Source of the DNA: an uncultured delta proteobacterium
GTDB taxonomy: Bacteria > Desulfobacterota > Desulfobacteria > Desulfobacterales > JAHEIW01
Direction: 5' to 3'
Assembly: GCA_963706575.1 (NCBI GenBank)
Contig: CAVPNL010000009.1
Coordinates: forward strand, 96,001-160,000
DNA length: 64,000 bases
The stretch's first letter is position 1, and each line of letters opens with the position of its first letter. The notes beneath the pieces were generated by a model. The model did not search any database. It had not been told where the DNA came from and was given only the letters and a program-made list of their open reading frames with translations. Shown here piece after piece: positions 55,160-63,712 of this stretch. Position numbers and translations under genes: made by a program.

Positions 55160-55648
55160 ATGAAGCGAAAAATGGCAATTGAGAGAAGAATAAACCCACG
55201 TTATTGTATCCGGGACAACGCTTTTACGGTTTTTGGGTCTGAACCCGTTAAATTGGCTCCCATCATCGATGTCAGTCTGGGTGGCCTGGGGATCGGGGTC
55301 AATGGTATCAAAATAGGCGCTGATTGGTTAAACGGCATTTCAAAATTAGAGATCCTAATCGATGATGGTTGTTTCTATATGGACAAATTGCCTTATCAGC
55401 TCCTTCCACAATACCGAAGCTTTTCTGGAAACGCCTTCGGATCATTTCAAAATATCTATGGTATCCAATTTGTAGATTTGATGCCCAGTCAGCAAAGCCA
55501 GCTGAAATATTTTATCCGCAACCACACCAGGGGAGGAATGACGCCGAAATTTATTCGGAAGTTCAATCAGCATTTCCATCAAATTATTGGCAAAAGAGAT
55601 TTTGCGAGTTCCTGTCAGACCGCCTGGCTTCAACGGCCTTCTCTGTGA
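55160..55648 (+). CDS. PilZ-domain protein
   Basis: ERRINPR (RxxxR) and DVSLGG (DxSxxG). Confidence 0.75.
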   Translation: MKRKMAIERRINPRYCIRDNAFTVFGSEPVKLAPIIDVSLGGLGIGVNGIKIGADWLNGISKLEILIDDGCFYMDKLPYQLLPQYRSFSGNAFGSFQNIYGIQFVDLMPSQQSQLKYFIRNHTRGGMTPKFIRKFNQHFHQIIGKRDFASSCQTAWLQRPSL

Positions 55649-55862
55649 TCGAACCTCTTCACCGTTATCTTTCACCATCCTTGTATTGCCGCTGTTTTCG
55701 ATTTGATCTCTGTCCTGCCAATGGTCGCCTGGGCGAAATTTGTGATACTTGATGCCACCGACTGCCCATCGCCAAGTTCTTTACTTTTCACCCGATTTAT
55801 TGGTAATAAAAATGAATAGGTTATCCGGAACTCACAAATTTTCGTAAATAAAAATAAGTGCC

Positions 55863-56165
55863 ATGGAAATGTTCACCCGTTGTCTGATCGGTTTTATCAT
55901 CGGGATATCGATTTTTTTTAGCTCGCCCGGCAGGGCCGATGAGCAAAATAAAGGAATTAGCGAAAACGGTTGTGCCCGTCTGCAGAACGCGGAGATTGTT
56001 TGGGATTTAAGCAAATACCGCTGGATGTGCTGTATCATTAAAAATGAAGATGAGTATGAAAACTGCATGCCGATCACGGACATGCAGCCGCTGCCCAAAA
56101 CCAGCCTCAAACCCTTCCCTCCTGAAGGAACGAAAACCATCGAGAAGAGTCCCCAGAAACCATAA
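55863..56165 (+). CDS. Small exported hypothetical protein
   Basis: Signal-peptide-like N-terminus, four Cys in the mature part, Pro-rich tail. Confidence 0.5.
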   Translation: MEMFTRCLIGFIIGISIFFSSPGRADEQNKGISENGCARLQNAEIVWDLSKYRWMCCIIKNEDEYENCMPITDMQPLPKTSLKPFPPEGTKTIEKSPQKP

Positions 56166-56174
56166 ACATCGTCA

Positions 56175-56549
56175 TTATTTGATTTCAAACAGGTTACCAT
56201 CATTATCCTGAACAAACGTCAAGATCCTGTCCCCTTTGGGGACATGAATAACCTCAATTTCCAGATGGTGGCATTCATTCAAAAATGCATTCAGATCTTC
56301 AACCTCCAGACAGACATGCCCGATTTGTTTAAGACGGTTTGCGGATTGGCCGGTAATGAAAATCTCAAAATGAACCTGTTCGCCCCGGTAGTTGATCATC
56401 AGCAGTTCGGCGTCAACATTGAAAATAGCCATAGAAAGGGACCGTGCTAAGATTTTCGGTTCTACCTTTTCCAAACCGAGCAGATCTTTAAAAAATCGAT
56501 CTGAATTTTTTTCGGAACTGCAAACAAGCGCCACGTGTCGTAAAATCAT
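56175..56549 (-). CDS. VOC / glyoxalase family protein
   Basis: LRHVAL, FFKDLLGL, GHVCLEVED and FVQDNDGNLFEI. Confidence 0.85.
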   Translation of the reverse strand: MILRHVALVCSSEKNSDRFFKDLLGLEKVEPKILARSLSMAIFNVDAELLMINYRGEQVHFEIFITGQSANRLKQIGHVCLEVEDLNAFLNECHHLEIEVIHVPKGDRILTFVQDNDGNLFEIK

Positions 56550-56598
56550 TGACACCCCTCTTTGTGACTCCAACTATTTTTCCCTTTTCAAATTGCCA

Positions 56599-56633
56599 AA
56601 TCCGCAATCCGCATTCTAAAATCCAAAATCAAA
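56599..56633. repeat. Heptamer array AATCCGC overlapping the dehydrogenase stop codon
   Basis: aatccgc aatccgc attctaa aatccaa aatcaaa. Confidence 0.75.
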
Positions 56634-57642
56634 GATGGGGCTTAATAATGACTTTCAGGGATTCTTTGCTCGCCATTACCATCCGGAAACCTTCGGCGAT
56701 ATCTCGCAACGGAAGTCGCCGCGTAATCATGTCGTCTACCTTTATGGTTTCTGTTTCTATCAGGTTTATGGCGGCATCAATATCCGGAGGACCGCAATAA
56801 TAGGAAGTCATTATCTTCGTCTCCCGGGTCCAGAAATCATTTAGCGGTATGGTGATTTTTACATCGGGATGCGGTACCGCGAAAAAAACGATAACTCCGC
56901 CTTTATCCACGCACTGCCATGCCTGATCAACTGCAGCGATAGCTGAAGTGCACAGGATGACGACGTCGGCCGCTCCAATGTTTTCAGCGGCCAATCGTTC
57001 CGCAACATTTTCAGCAGCGACCATTGTCATATCCGCACCCATTTTTTCGGCAAATTCCAGCTTTTTTCGATTAATGTCCGTGGCAATCACCCGGCAATGT
57101 TTGGTTTTGGCCAGCTTCACATGCAGCAACCCGGACATGCCGCTTCCAATCACCATGACCGTCTGGTTACTACGCACGCCGGCTAGCTGCTGAGCTCTGA
57201 CAGCACATGCCAGTGGTTCGATAAAGGTACTTTGATCATATGTGACATTATCCGGCAGAAGATACGTTCCGTTTTCGACCAGAGATTCCGGAACCAGAAC
57301 ATACTCTGAAAAGCCGCCCGGCAATCTTTCTTTGACATTAGAACACACCGGAAAGTGGCCGCTTTTACAGTACGCACATTTCATACACGGCACCTTGGGG
57401 GCTACAAATACGCGATCTCCAGGCCGGTATTTCGTTACTGCTTTCCCGATTTCTATGACTTCGGCGCCAATTTCATGCCCCTGAACCAGGGGGGCTCTGG
57501 GCAGACGATACCATTCAACAATATCACTGCCACAGATGCCGCATGAGAGAACTTTGATCAGTATCTCTTTGTGACCGGGTTTGGGCTTGGGCACTTCTTC
57601 GATTCGAATATCTTCGTTGTTGTACCAGACGGAAACTTTCAT
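56629..57642 (-). CDS. Zinc-dependent (MDR) alcohol/polyol dehydrogenase
   Basis: CGICGSD, GHE, CMKCAYC...C, EPLAC and GSGMSG. Confidence 0.92.
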   Translation of the reverse strand: MKVSVWYNNEDIRIEEVPKPKPGHKEILIKVLSCGICGSDIVEWYRLPRAPLVQGHEIGAEVIEIGKAVTKYRPGDRVFVAPKVPCMKCAYCKSGHFPVCSNVKERLPGGFSEYVLVPESLVENGTYLLPDNVTYDQSTFIEPLACAVRAQQLAGVRSNQTVMVIGSGMSGLLHVKLAKTKHCRVIATDINRKKLEFAEKMGADMTMVAAENVAERLAAENIGAADVVILCTSAIAAVDQAWQCVDKGGVIVFFAVPHPDVKITIPLNDFWTRETKIMTSYYCGPPDIDAAINLIETETIKVDDMITRRLPLRDIAEGFRMVMASKESLKVIIKPHL

Positions 57643-58520
57643 GATTGATTCTTTAGCGTTTGGTAAAGGTCCAAGGCCTTTTGCGGCGTCTCGTTATCGT
57701 GAACGACCGCTCGGACCGCCTGCAGCATTGCAATCGGAGAATCGGATTGAAAGATATTACGTCCCATATCCACACCGCTGGCTCCCTGCTGCACCGCGTT
57801 GTAAGCCATGGTCAGCGCATCTAGTTCCGGTATTTTCGTGCCGCCGGCCATTACAATGGGCACCGGGCAGGAGGCACACACGGTTTCAAAATCTTTTTCG
57901 ACATAGTAGGTTTTAACGTAATGGGCGCCCAGTTCTGCGCAAATCCGGGTTGCCAATCTGAAATAGCGCGCATCGCGAGCCATATCTTTGCCCACCGCCG
58001 TGACGGCAAGGGTCGGGATTCCATAGCGGGTGCCAATATCCACCATTTTTGTCATGTTGATAATCGATTGCCTTTCGTATTCACCGCCGATGAAAACCTG
58101 AACGGCCATGGCACATACATTCAGACGGATCGATTCTTCGATGTCCACGGCAATCTCTTCGTTGGAAAGCTCCTTGAGGATGCTGGTACCGCCCGACACG
58201 CGCAGAACAATGGGTTTTTGGGTGGAAGGCGGGACAATGCTTCGAAGGATACCCCGGGTGAGCATCAACGTGTCTGCATAGGGCACGATGGGAAGAATAT
58301 TGACATCGACCCTTTCGAGTCCTGTTGTGGGTCCCTGGAAATATCCGTGATCGATGGCCAGCATAACCGTGCGGCCGGATTGCGGGTTGAAGATTCTGGC
58401 CAGTCTGTTTTTCATGCCCCAGTCCAGAGCGTTGGAGCCTTTCAGGAAAAAGCCCTCTGTTTTCTGGGGTATATCGGTATGATATTGCTTTGCATCTTTC
58501 AGGTCGTCCATGTCTGGCAT
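57639..58520 (-). CDS. lsrF: LsrF-type thiolase / DhnA class I aldolase family protein
   Basis: [62 protein letters not shown] and [10 protein letters not shown]. Confidence 0.9.
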   Translation of the reverse strand: MPDMDDLKDAKQYHTDIPQKTEGFFLKGSNALDWGMKNRLARIFNPQSGRTVMLAIDHGYFQGPTTGLERVDVNILPIVPYADTLMLTRGILRSIVPPSTQKPIVLRVSGGTSILKELSNEEIAVDIEESIRLNVCAMAVQVFIGGEYERQSIINMTKMVDIGTRYGIPTLAVTAVGKDMARDARYFRLATRICAELGAHYVKTYYVEKDFETVCASCPVPIVMAGGTKIPELDALTMAYNAVQQGASGVDMGRNIFQSDSPIAMLQAVRAVVHDNETPQKALDLYQTLKNQS

Positions 58521-58536
58521 ATTTTCTTCTCCTTTC

Positions 58537-58560
58537 CAAACTGGTTTTAAAACCAGTTTG
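58537..58560. promoter_or_regulatory. Perfect 24-bp palindrome upstream of lsrF
   Basis: CAAACTGGTTTT|AAAACCAGTTTG. Confidence 0.55.
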
Positions 58561-58682
58561 TATATTATTTTTATAATGCATTATCGCAGGTTAGGTTTTA
58601 GGGTCAAGAAAAACCATTTATTGCTAAACAAGGTCTGTGGTATAAGTGCTATCAGCCAGATCCGGTTTTGGCGATGGTTCTA

Positions 58683-58710
58683 TTTTAAAATTTGAAACGC
58701 TCAATTTAGG
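58683..58710. repeat. 28-bp motif, exact reverse complement of 796-823
   Basis: TTTTAAAATTTGAAACGCTCAATTTAGG. Confidence 0.85.
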
Positions 58711-58744
58711 CTCTTATTAAAAATTTGCAAATTGGAGGAAATGG

Positions 58745-59398
58745 ATGGGTGAATGGGATCAGGAAAAAAATGATGTTTTGGTTTGTGCCAAATGGATGTC
58801 GGAGCATGGTTACTTTGGCGGTTATCGAGGCAGCGGCGGAAATATCTCGGTCAGGATCAAAAACCAGTCGATCCTTGCGGTAACCCCTTCCGGTCGATCT
58901 TACTGGAGTATGACCGCTGATGATATTTGCGTGGTAGATTTTGATTTAAAAATGCTTGAAGGTCAATTCGTGCCATCCAAAGAAGCAGCAATGCATATCG
59001 GCATCTACCAGAACCGTACCGATGTCAAGGCCATTGTTCATACGCATCAGACCTATGCCAGTATATTAGCGATAATTGACGAGTCGATACCCCCCTTGTT
59101 TGATGAAGAAACCAAGGAGTTCGGACCAATGGTTGAAACCATTCCATATGCGATTTCGGGTAGCGAAAATCTGGTTCAAAACGTCATTAAAAAACTAGAT
59201 AATAATTGTCATTGTTATATTCTTCAAAACCACGGCGCTCTCAATTTAGGCCGCGATATTGACCATGCATGGAAGAATACCGAGCTTTTAGAAAAAGTTT
59301 CAAAGATTTATTATGCTGCCCTGATTACCGGCAAAAAAATCGCCACTTTGCCCAAGGACACAGTTGATTATTTTAACAAAATGCGTGAGTCGAGTTAA
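58745..59398 (+). CDS. Class II aldolase/adducin family protein (FucA-like)
   Basis: GGNISVR, VTPSG, PSKEAAMH, VHTH and LQNHG. Confidence 0.9.
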   Translation: MGEWDQEKNDVLVCAKWMSEHGYFGGYRGSGGNISVRIKNQSILAVTPSGRSYWSMTADDICVVDFDLKMLEGQFVPSKEAAMHIGIYQNRTDVKAIVHTHQTYASILAIIDESIPPLFDEETKEFGPMVETIPYAISGSENLVQNVIKKLDNNCHCYILQNHGALNLGRDIDHAWKNTELLEKVSKIYYAALITGKKIATLPKDTVDYFNKMRESS

Positions 59399-59426
59399 CA
59401 GTCAGACAGGATTAATTTATTTTTTT

Positions 59427-59532
59427 TAACCATAGAGAACACAGAGCACACAGAGAAAAATAATTTATCTCATTTTATGCTGAATGCTTTCGGATAAAAT
59501 GTCTGTGCCTGTCTGTGTGGGTCTGTGGCGAA
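59427..59532. repeat. CACAGAG / TCTGTG inverted-arm element
   Basis: accatagag aacacagag cacacagag ... gtctgtgcct gtctgtgtgg gtctgtggcgaa. Confidence 0.7.
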
Positions 59533-59551
59533 TTCATAGAAAAGTCAGGCG

Positions 59552-60403
59552 ATGCTGACCTCTGATGAAGAAACCTATATTTTAGATCAAGCCTATGTGC
59601 CGGAGCATTGCATTCGTCTGATGACCCATGTATCCGGAGGCGAACCGTTTTTAATCGATGATTTTTTTATTTGCCGTAAAGAAAAATGGATAATCCTGAT
59701 CGGCTACCCGCTGGAAGATAATTTCACCCCCGATCAGTTAGAAGCTGTTTTTGCCAAAGTTAAAAAAAGATTCCGCCCCGAGTCGGTCTCGCTGGTCGCA
59801 CCTCAAATGCCGCCTTCCCTGGCCGCGACCTGCCAGGAAGCCGAAAGCGATGCCTACTTCACCTTGGAAGCTCAAAAACCGGTTATCCGCAGCCCGGTAA
59901 AACGCAATCTAAGAAAGGCGCGCCAAAATTTACGGGTGGAATTTTCCTCCGGCATGCAGGACGTTCATCGGGAGCTGATGCATGAATTTGTTGGCCGGAC
60001 CCTGTTGTCTGAACGGGTTAAAAGACTGCTGTTTAAAATGCCGGAATTTACGGCCGGCTCTGATATGGCGCTTGTTTTAAATGCCTGGGATAAAGCAAAT
60101 AAGCTGGCCGCCTTTTATGTTATCGATCTTGAAGCCAAACAGTTTTCCAATTACATAATGGGTTGCCATTCCAAAAAAAACTATGTGCGCGGGGCCTCGG
60201 ATCTTTTATTATTTGAGCTGATAAATTTGAGCCTTGAATATGATAAACCCTATATTCATCTTGGGCTCGGGGTAAATGCCGGTATCCGCCGTTTTAAGGC
60301 AAAATGGGGCGCAGTGCCCACCCGCCGGTATGAAATGGGTGAACTGGTGCTAAAGAAGCCGTCCATTTTAGATACCTTTCGTGCTTTCGCAAAATCACGT
60401 TGA
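59552..60403 (+). CDS. Hypothetical protein with a GNAT/FemAB-like C-terminus
   Basis: GASDLLLFELI...YIHLGLGVNAGIRRFKAKWG. Confidence 0.65.
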   Translation: MLTSDEETYILDQAYVPEHCIRLMTHVSGGEPFLIDDFFICRKEKWIILIGYPLEDNFTPDQLEAVFAKVKKRFRPESVSLVAPQMPPSLAATCQEAESDAYFTLEAQKPVIRSPVKRNLRKARQNLRVEFSSGMQDVHRELMHEFVGRTLLSERVKRLLFKMPEFTAGSDMALVLNAWDKANKLAAFYVIDLEAKQFSNYIMGCHSKKNYVRGASDLLLFELINLSLEYDKPYIHLGLGVNAGIRRFKAKWGAVPTRRYEMGELVLKKPSILDTFRAFAKSR

Positions 60404-60430
60404 GACAGCTTCTGGTTTTAATGGAATCAA

Positions 60431-61270
60431 ATGTTTTCTATTGGATCAAAACAAAAAAAGCTAAAAATGATCTGGGAGGTGCAGAAAAACGGCAGAATTT
60501 CTCATCTTGTCGGCACCGCTCATTTTTTTCCGTATAGCTTTAAAAAATCCCTCCAGCGGTATCTGGAAAGCGCCCGCGTGGTGATGTTTGAAGGCCCTCT
60601 GGACGATGAAAACATGGCCCGGGTACGGGAGGCGGGAATCGACAAAGAAAATCCCTATCACATATTCAACGAGCTGGACGATAAAACCATTGCCAGCATC
60701 ACCGATGCCTTGGTCCCGGTTTGCCGGGCCAGGCATTCATCGTATCTGGTAACGTTCAGCAAATTTGACCTGAAAGATACCGTCTATGAAATGGTAAAGG
60801 ATATGAGGCCCTGGCTGGCATTTTTCACCCTGTGGTCCGATTACCTCAAACGCCTTGGCTGGAAGTACTCTGTTGATCTGGAGGGCTATCAGATTGCCGG
60901 GGAATTGGGAAAGAAAATCGTCTTTCTTGAAACCATTGAAGAGCAGATCGAAGTTCTGCAAAACATAGCGCATGATAACATTATCTTCTTCTTGAGCCAG
61001 GTTGATCGCTGGAAGGATTTTGCCCGGGAATATGTTGAATGCTATCTGGACGGCGATTTAGAGAAACTGAAATTTACCCGGGTGCGCTTTCCCACCCGGC
61101 ATCATTCGGTCATCAATAAACGTGATAAAATCTTTCATCAGCGGATGCGTGCTGAGCTTGAACAGGGACAGGTAGTGGCCTTCCTCGGGGCACCGCATCT
61201 GAGGGGAATGAGCTGCTTGCTCTTAGAAGATGGCTATCAGGTAAAGGGTCCTTGGCTGCCGCAGCAATGA
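60431..61270 (+). CDS. TraB/GumN family protein
   Basis: SHLVGTAH, VMFE, LETIEEQI, RD and FLGAPHL. Confidence 0.8.
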   Translation: MFSIGSKQKKLKMIWEVQKNGRISHLVGTAHFFPYSFKKSLQRYLESARVVMFEGPLDDENMARVREAGIDKENPYHIFNELDDKTIASITDALVPVCRARHSSYLVTFSKFDLKDTVYEMVKDMRPWLAFFTLWSDYLKRLGWKYSVDLEGYQIAGELGKKIVFLETIEEQIEVLQNIAHDNIIFFLSQVDRWKDFAREYVECYLDGDLEKLKFTRVRFPTRHHSVINKRDKIFHQRMRAELEQGQVVAFLGAPHLRGMSCLLLEDGYQVKGPWLPQQ

Positions 61271-61339
61271 CAGAATTCAGAAGACAGCCTGCGACGAGCT
61301 CAGCCGAGTCGAGGTCAGATGACAGAAGACAGAAGACAA
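61267..61339 (+). repeat. AxGACAG heptamer array with a 24-nt insert (61288-61311) identical to the insert in dsrN
   Basis: atgacag aattcag aagacag [cctgcgacgagctcagccgagtcg] aggtcag atgacag aagacag aagacaa. Confidence 0.85.
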
Positions 61340-61807
61340 CCTTTTTCTACTCCTGCCAAAACATCCCAGACAAACGCTATGAATACGGCAGTCCGAATTC
61401 TGGCGAATCGCGATCATTCAAAATATGAATTAAAACAGAAGCTGCGGCAGCGGGGCTTTACCAACAAAGACATTGATGCGGTGATGGTGGAGTGTGAACG
61501 TTTCAATTATATCAATGACCGCAGAACCGCCCATGTATATATTTCACAGCTTAAACGAAAGTGTTTCGGCAAACGATATATCCAGCAGGCTTTAAAAAAG
61601 AAACGCTTGAGCGGTGCTGCAATCGAAAAGATCTTTTCGGAGAACTACCCCGGAGCTGATGAGTATGAACATGCCGGCCGGCTGTTGGAAAAGAAAATGA
61701 AAACCTTTGGGCGCGAAACGGATCCCAAAAAAAGAAGCGAAAAAATATATCGGTTCTTATACTCGCGGGGATTCAGCGCAGCGGTAATTCGCGCCTTGGT
61801 TAAATAG
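61319..61807 (+). CDS. recX: Recombination regulator RecX
   Basis: AVRILANRDHSKYELKQKL..RGF, YIND, FGKRYIQQALKKK and IYRFLYSRGFS; alternative start 61379. Confidence 0.88.
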   Translation: MTEDRRQPFSTPAKTSQTNAMNTAVRILANRDHSKYELKQKLRQRGFTNKDIDAVMVECERFNYINDRRTAHVYISQLKRKCFGKRYIQQALKKKRLSGAAIEKIFSENYPGADEYEHAGRLLEKKMKTFGRETDPKKRSEKIYRFLYSRGFSAAVIRALVK

Positions 61808-61876
61808 TTAAATAGTCGATTCGTTAAATGGTTGGAATCCTCTGACCAATTGACGATTTGACCAATCAACCAACCA
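61799..61876. repeat. Octamer inverted-arm array overlapping the recX stop codon
   Basis: gttaaata gttaaata gtcgattc gttaaatg ... tgaccaat tgacgatt tgaccaat caaccaac. Confidence 0.75.
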
Positions 61877-61879
61877 AGG

Positions 61880-62473
61880 CTAACTGGCGATTTCCAGAAC
61901 TTCTTCGGGTTTTTCGCAAAAAGATTTTAATATCTGCGTCTGGTCTTTGGTTAAATGGTGAAACTTCACCCCTACTCCCCTGGGGGCGGCCCAAACAATT
62001 TCTCCTATTAAATCTAGTGGATTACGGGTTTCGGGGGACGAAAAATGAAGCAGCATTTTCAAACCGCTTGTAAACGACTCACCGGTTTCGATAAAGGCGC
62101 CGGAGTTGCTGATATCCAGAATATAACTGCTGAACTTTTGCCCCCGGATTTTAAAATTGACGTTGATCAAACAATCTTTGCGGGTATGTTTTCTTCTCTC
62201 CTTTTTGCCGGTTTCAGACTGCATTTCTTCGAGGTGTCTCATAAATATAAACCGCTGCTCGTTTGACATATCAATTGCCGTTTTCAACAAAAAGTTGGCA
62301 GTACTGCCGTTGACAAATTGCTTTAAAAGATCAGTTTGCTTTTTTTCGGGCAGGTTGTTTATCAAGTAATACAAACGGGCGACGACCTCATAATCATTCA
62401 TTTTTAGAGGAGAGACCGGGGAGGTGGTATATTCTTTTTTTAATTTAAATGACCGTTGAAGCGTTGCTATCAT
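61880..62473 (-). CDS. PilZ-domain protein
   Basis: ERRKHTR, DISNSGAFI, GEIVW and GVGVKF; probable start ATG 62473. Confidence 0.85.
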   Translation of the reverse strand: MIATLQRSFKLKKEYTTSPVSPLKMNDYEVVARLYYLINNLPEKKQTDLLKQFVNGSTANFLLKTAIDMSNEQRFIFMRHLEEMQSETGKKERRKHTRKDCLINVNFKIRGQKFSSYILDISNSGAFIETGESFTSGLKMLLHFSSPETRNPLDLIGEIVWAAPRGVGVKFHHLTKDQTQILKSFCEKPEEVLEIAS

Positions 62474-62854
62474 AATTTGCTCACCCTCTTTCGCATCGCC
62501 CTGACCCTGTTCATACTTGATACATTTATTGCGGTCCAAAAGAGATGCAGATATCACCATAAGTGCTTGGTCTACAGATGAATTGAAGCTGCCTGTAATC
62601 CGTTTAGCCGCTCCGCATATGGGGTTACCTCCTGGATCTGCAAAAAGCATGCAAAAAGTCGGAAATATTATAATTCTATAAAATTTCAGATACTTAAATA
62701 AAATGAAGGGGCTTGAAATTTAAAAAATAGTATGAAATGAATGAATGAAAATTAGGTAATCGATTCCATAAAGATCCAAAATAGCAAGAATCGGGTGGCG
62801 AAGGTCCCATTTTTATCTTATTTTGCATTAAATTTCAGACAGGGGGATCATTAA

Positions 62855-63712
62855 ATGAAAAGCGAAACCTTTACCCAGGCAGCCGTAGATTATGAGCGCA
62901 TCGAAAAAGCCATCCAATTTCTAGCGGACAACTTTCATTCGCAGCCCAATCTAAAGGAAATTGCCGGCAAGATTCACGTGAGCGAATATCATTTCCAGCG
63001 CCTTTTCAGTCGCTGGGTCGGTATCAGCCCCAAGCGGTTTCTGCAATTTTTAACCAAAGAATATGCCAAGACCCTGCTGGAAAAATCGATCAATCTATTA
63101 GATGTTACCTACGAATCGGGCCTGACCAGCCCCGGGCGTCTGCATGATTTATTCGTATCCTGTGAAGCCGTGACTCCGGGGGAATACAAAGCCAAAGGCG
63201 AAGGTCTTGAAATTGTATACGGCTATCATGCCACCCCCTTCGGCGAATGTATGCTGGCCAAAACCGAGCGGGGCATCTGCGGTTTAGATTTTGTTCAAAA
63301 AAATGACCAGCAGCCCGTTTTTGCGAGTTTGGAAGATAGATGGCAAAAGGCAACATTAATTCAAGATCCAGATGTCACGCGACCTTTTGTCAAACGGATT
63401 TTCAATCCATCACAGGGGCAAAAATCAACGCCGCTGCATCTGGTTTTAAGCGGCACCAATTTTCAAATAAAGGTATGGGAGGCCCTGATCAAAATTCCCA
63501 TGGGTGCGGTGGTTACTTATGAGGACGTTGCGGCCCACATCGGGATGCCCAAAGCCTCCCGTGCCGTCGGCAATGCGGTTGGCAGCAATCCGGTCTCATT
63601 TGTTATTCCCTGTCACCGGGTCATCAAAAAAACCGCCGAATTCGGAAATTACGGAGGTGGGGTCGCGCGCAAGCTGGCAATACTTGGTTGGGAAGCGGTT
63701 CAGATGAATTGA
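62855..63712 (+). CDS. AraC-type HTH plus methylated-DNA--protein-cysteine methyltransferase (Ada/Ogt-like)
   Basis: HFQRLFSRWVGISPKRF, GTNFQIKVWEAL, SRAVGNAVGSNP and IPCHRVI. Confidence 0.93.
   Translation: MKSETFTQAAVDYERIEKAIQFLADNFHSQPNLKEIAGKIHVSEYHFQRLFSRWVGISPKRFLQFLTKEYAKTLLEKSINLLDVTYESGLTSPGRLHDLFVSCEAVTPGEYKAKGEGLEIVYGYHATPFGECMLAKTERGICGLDFVQKNDQQPVFASLEDRWQKATLIQDPDVTRPFVKRIFNPSQGQKSTPLHLVLSGTNFQIKVWEALIKIPMGAVVTYEDVAAHIGMPKASRAVGNAVGSNPVSFVIPCHRVIKKTAEFGNYGGGVARKLAILGWEAVQMN

Noticed and set aside
796..58710. The 28-bp inverted pair as ends of a 58-kb composite transposon
   Set aside because: The interior is core genome (dsrAB, dapA, tat, dnaK); there is no transposase and no flanking target duplication
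2973..61876. Intergenic repeats as CRISPR arrays
   Set aside because: No 23-47-nt identical repeats with unique, regularly sized spacers; units are 7-9 nt and contiguous; no cas genes
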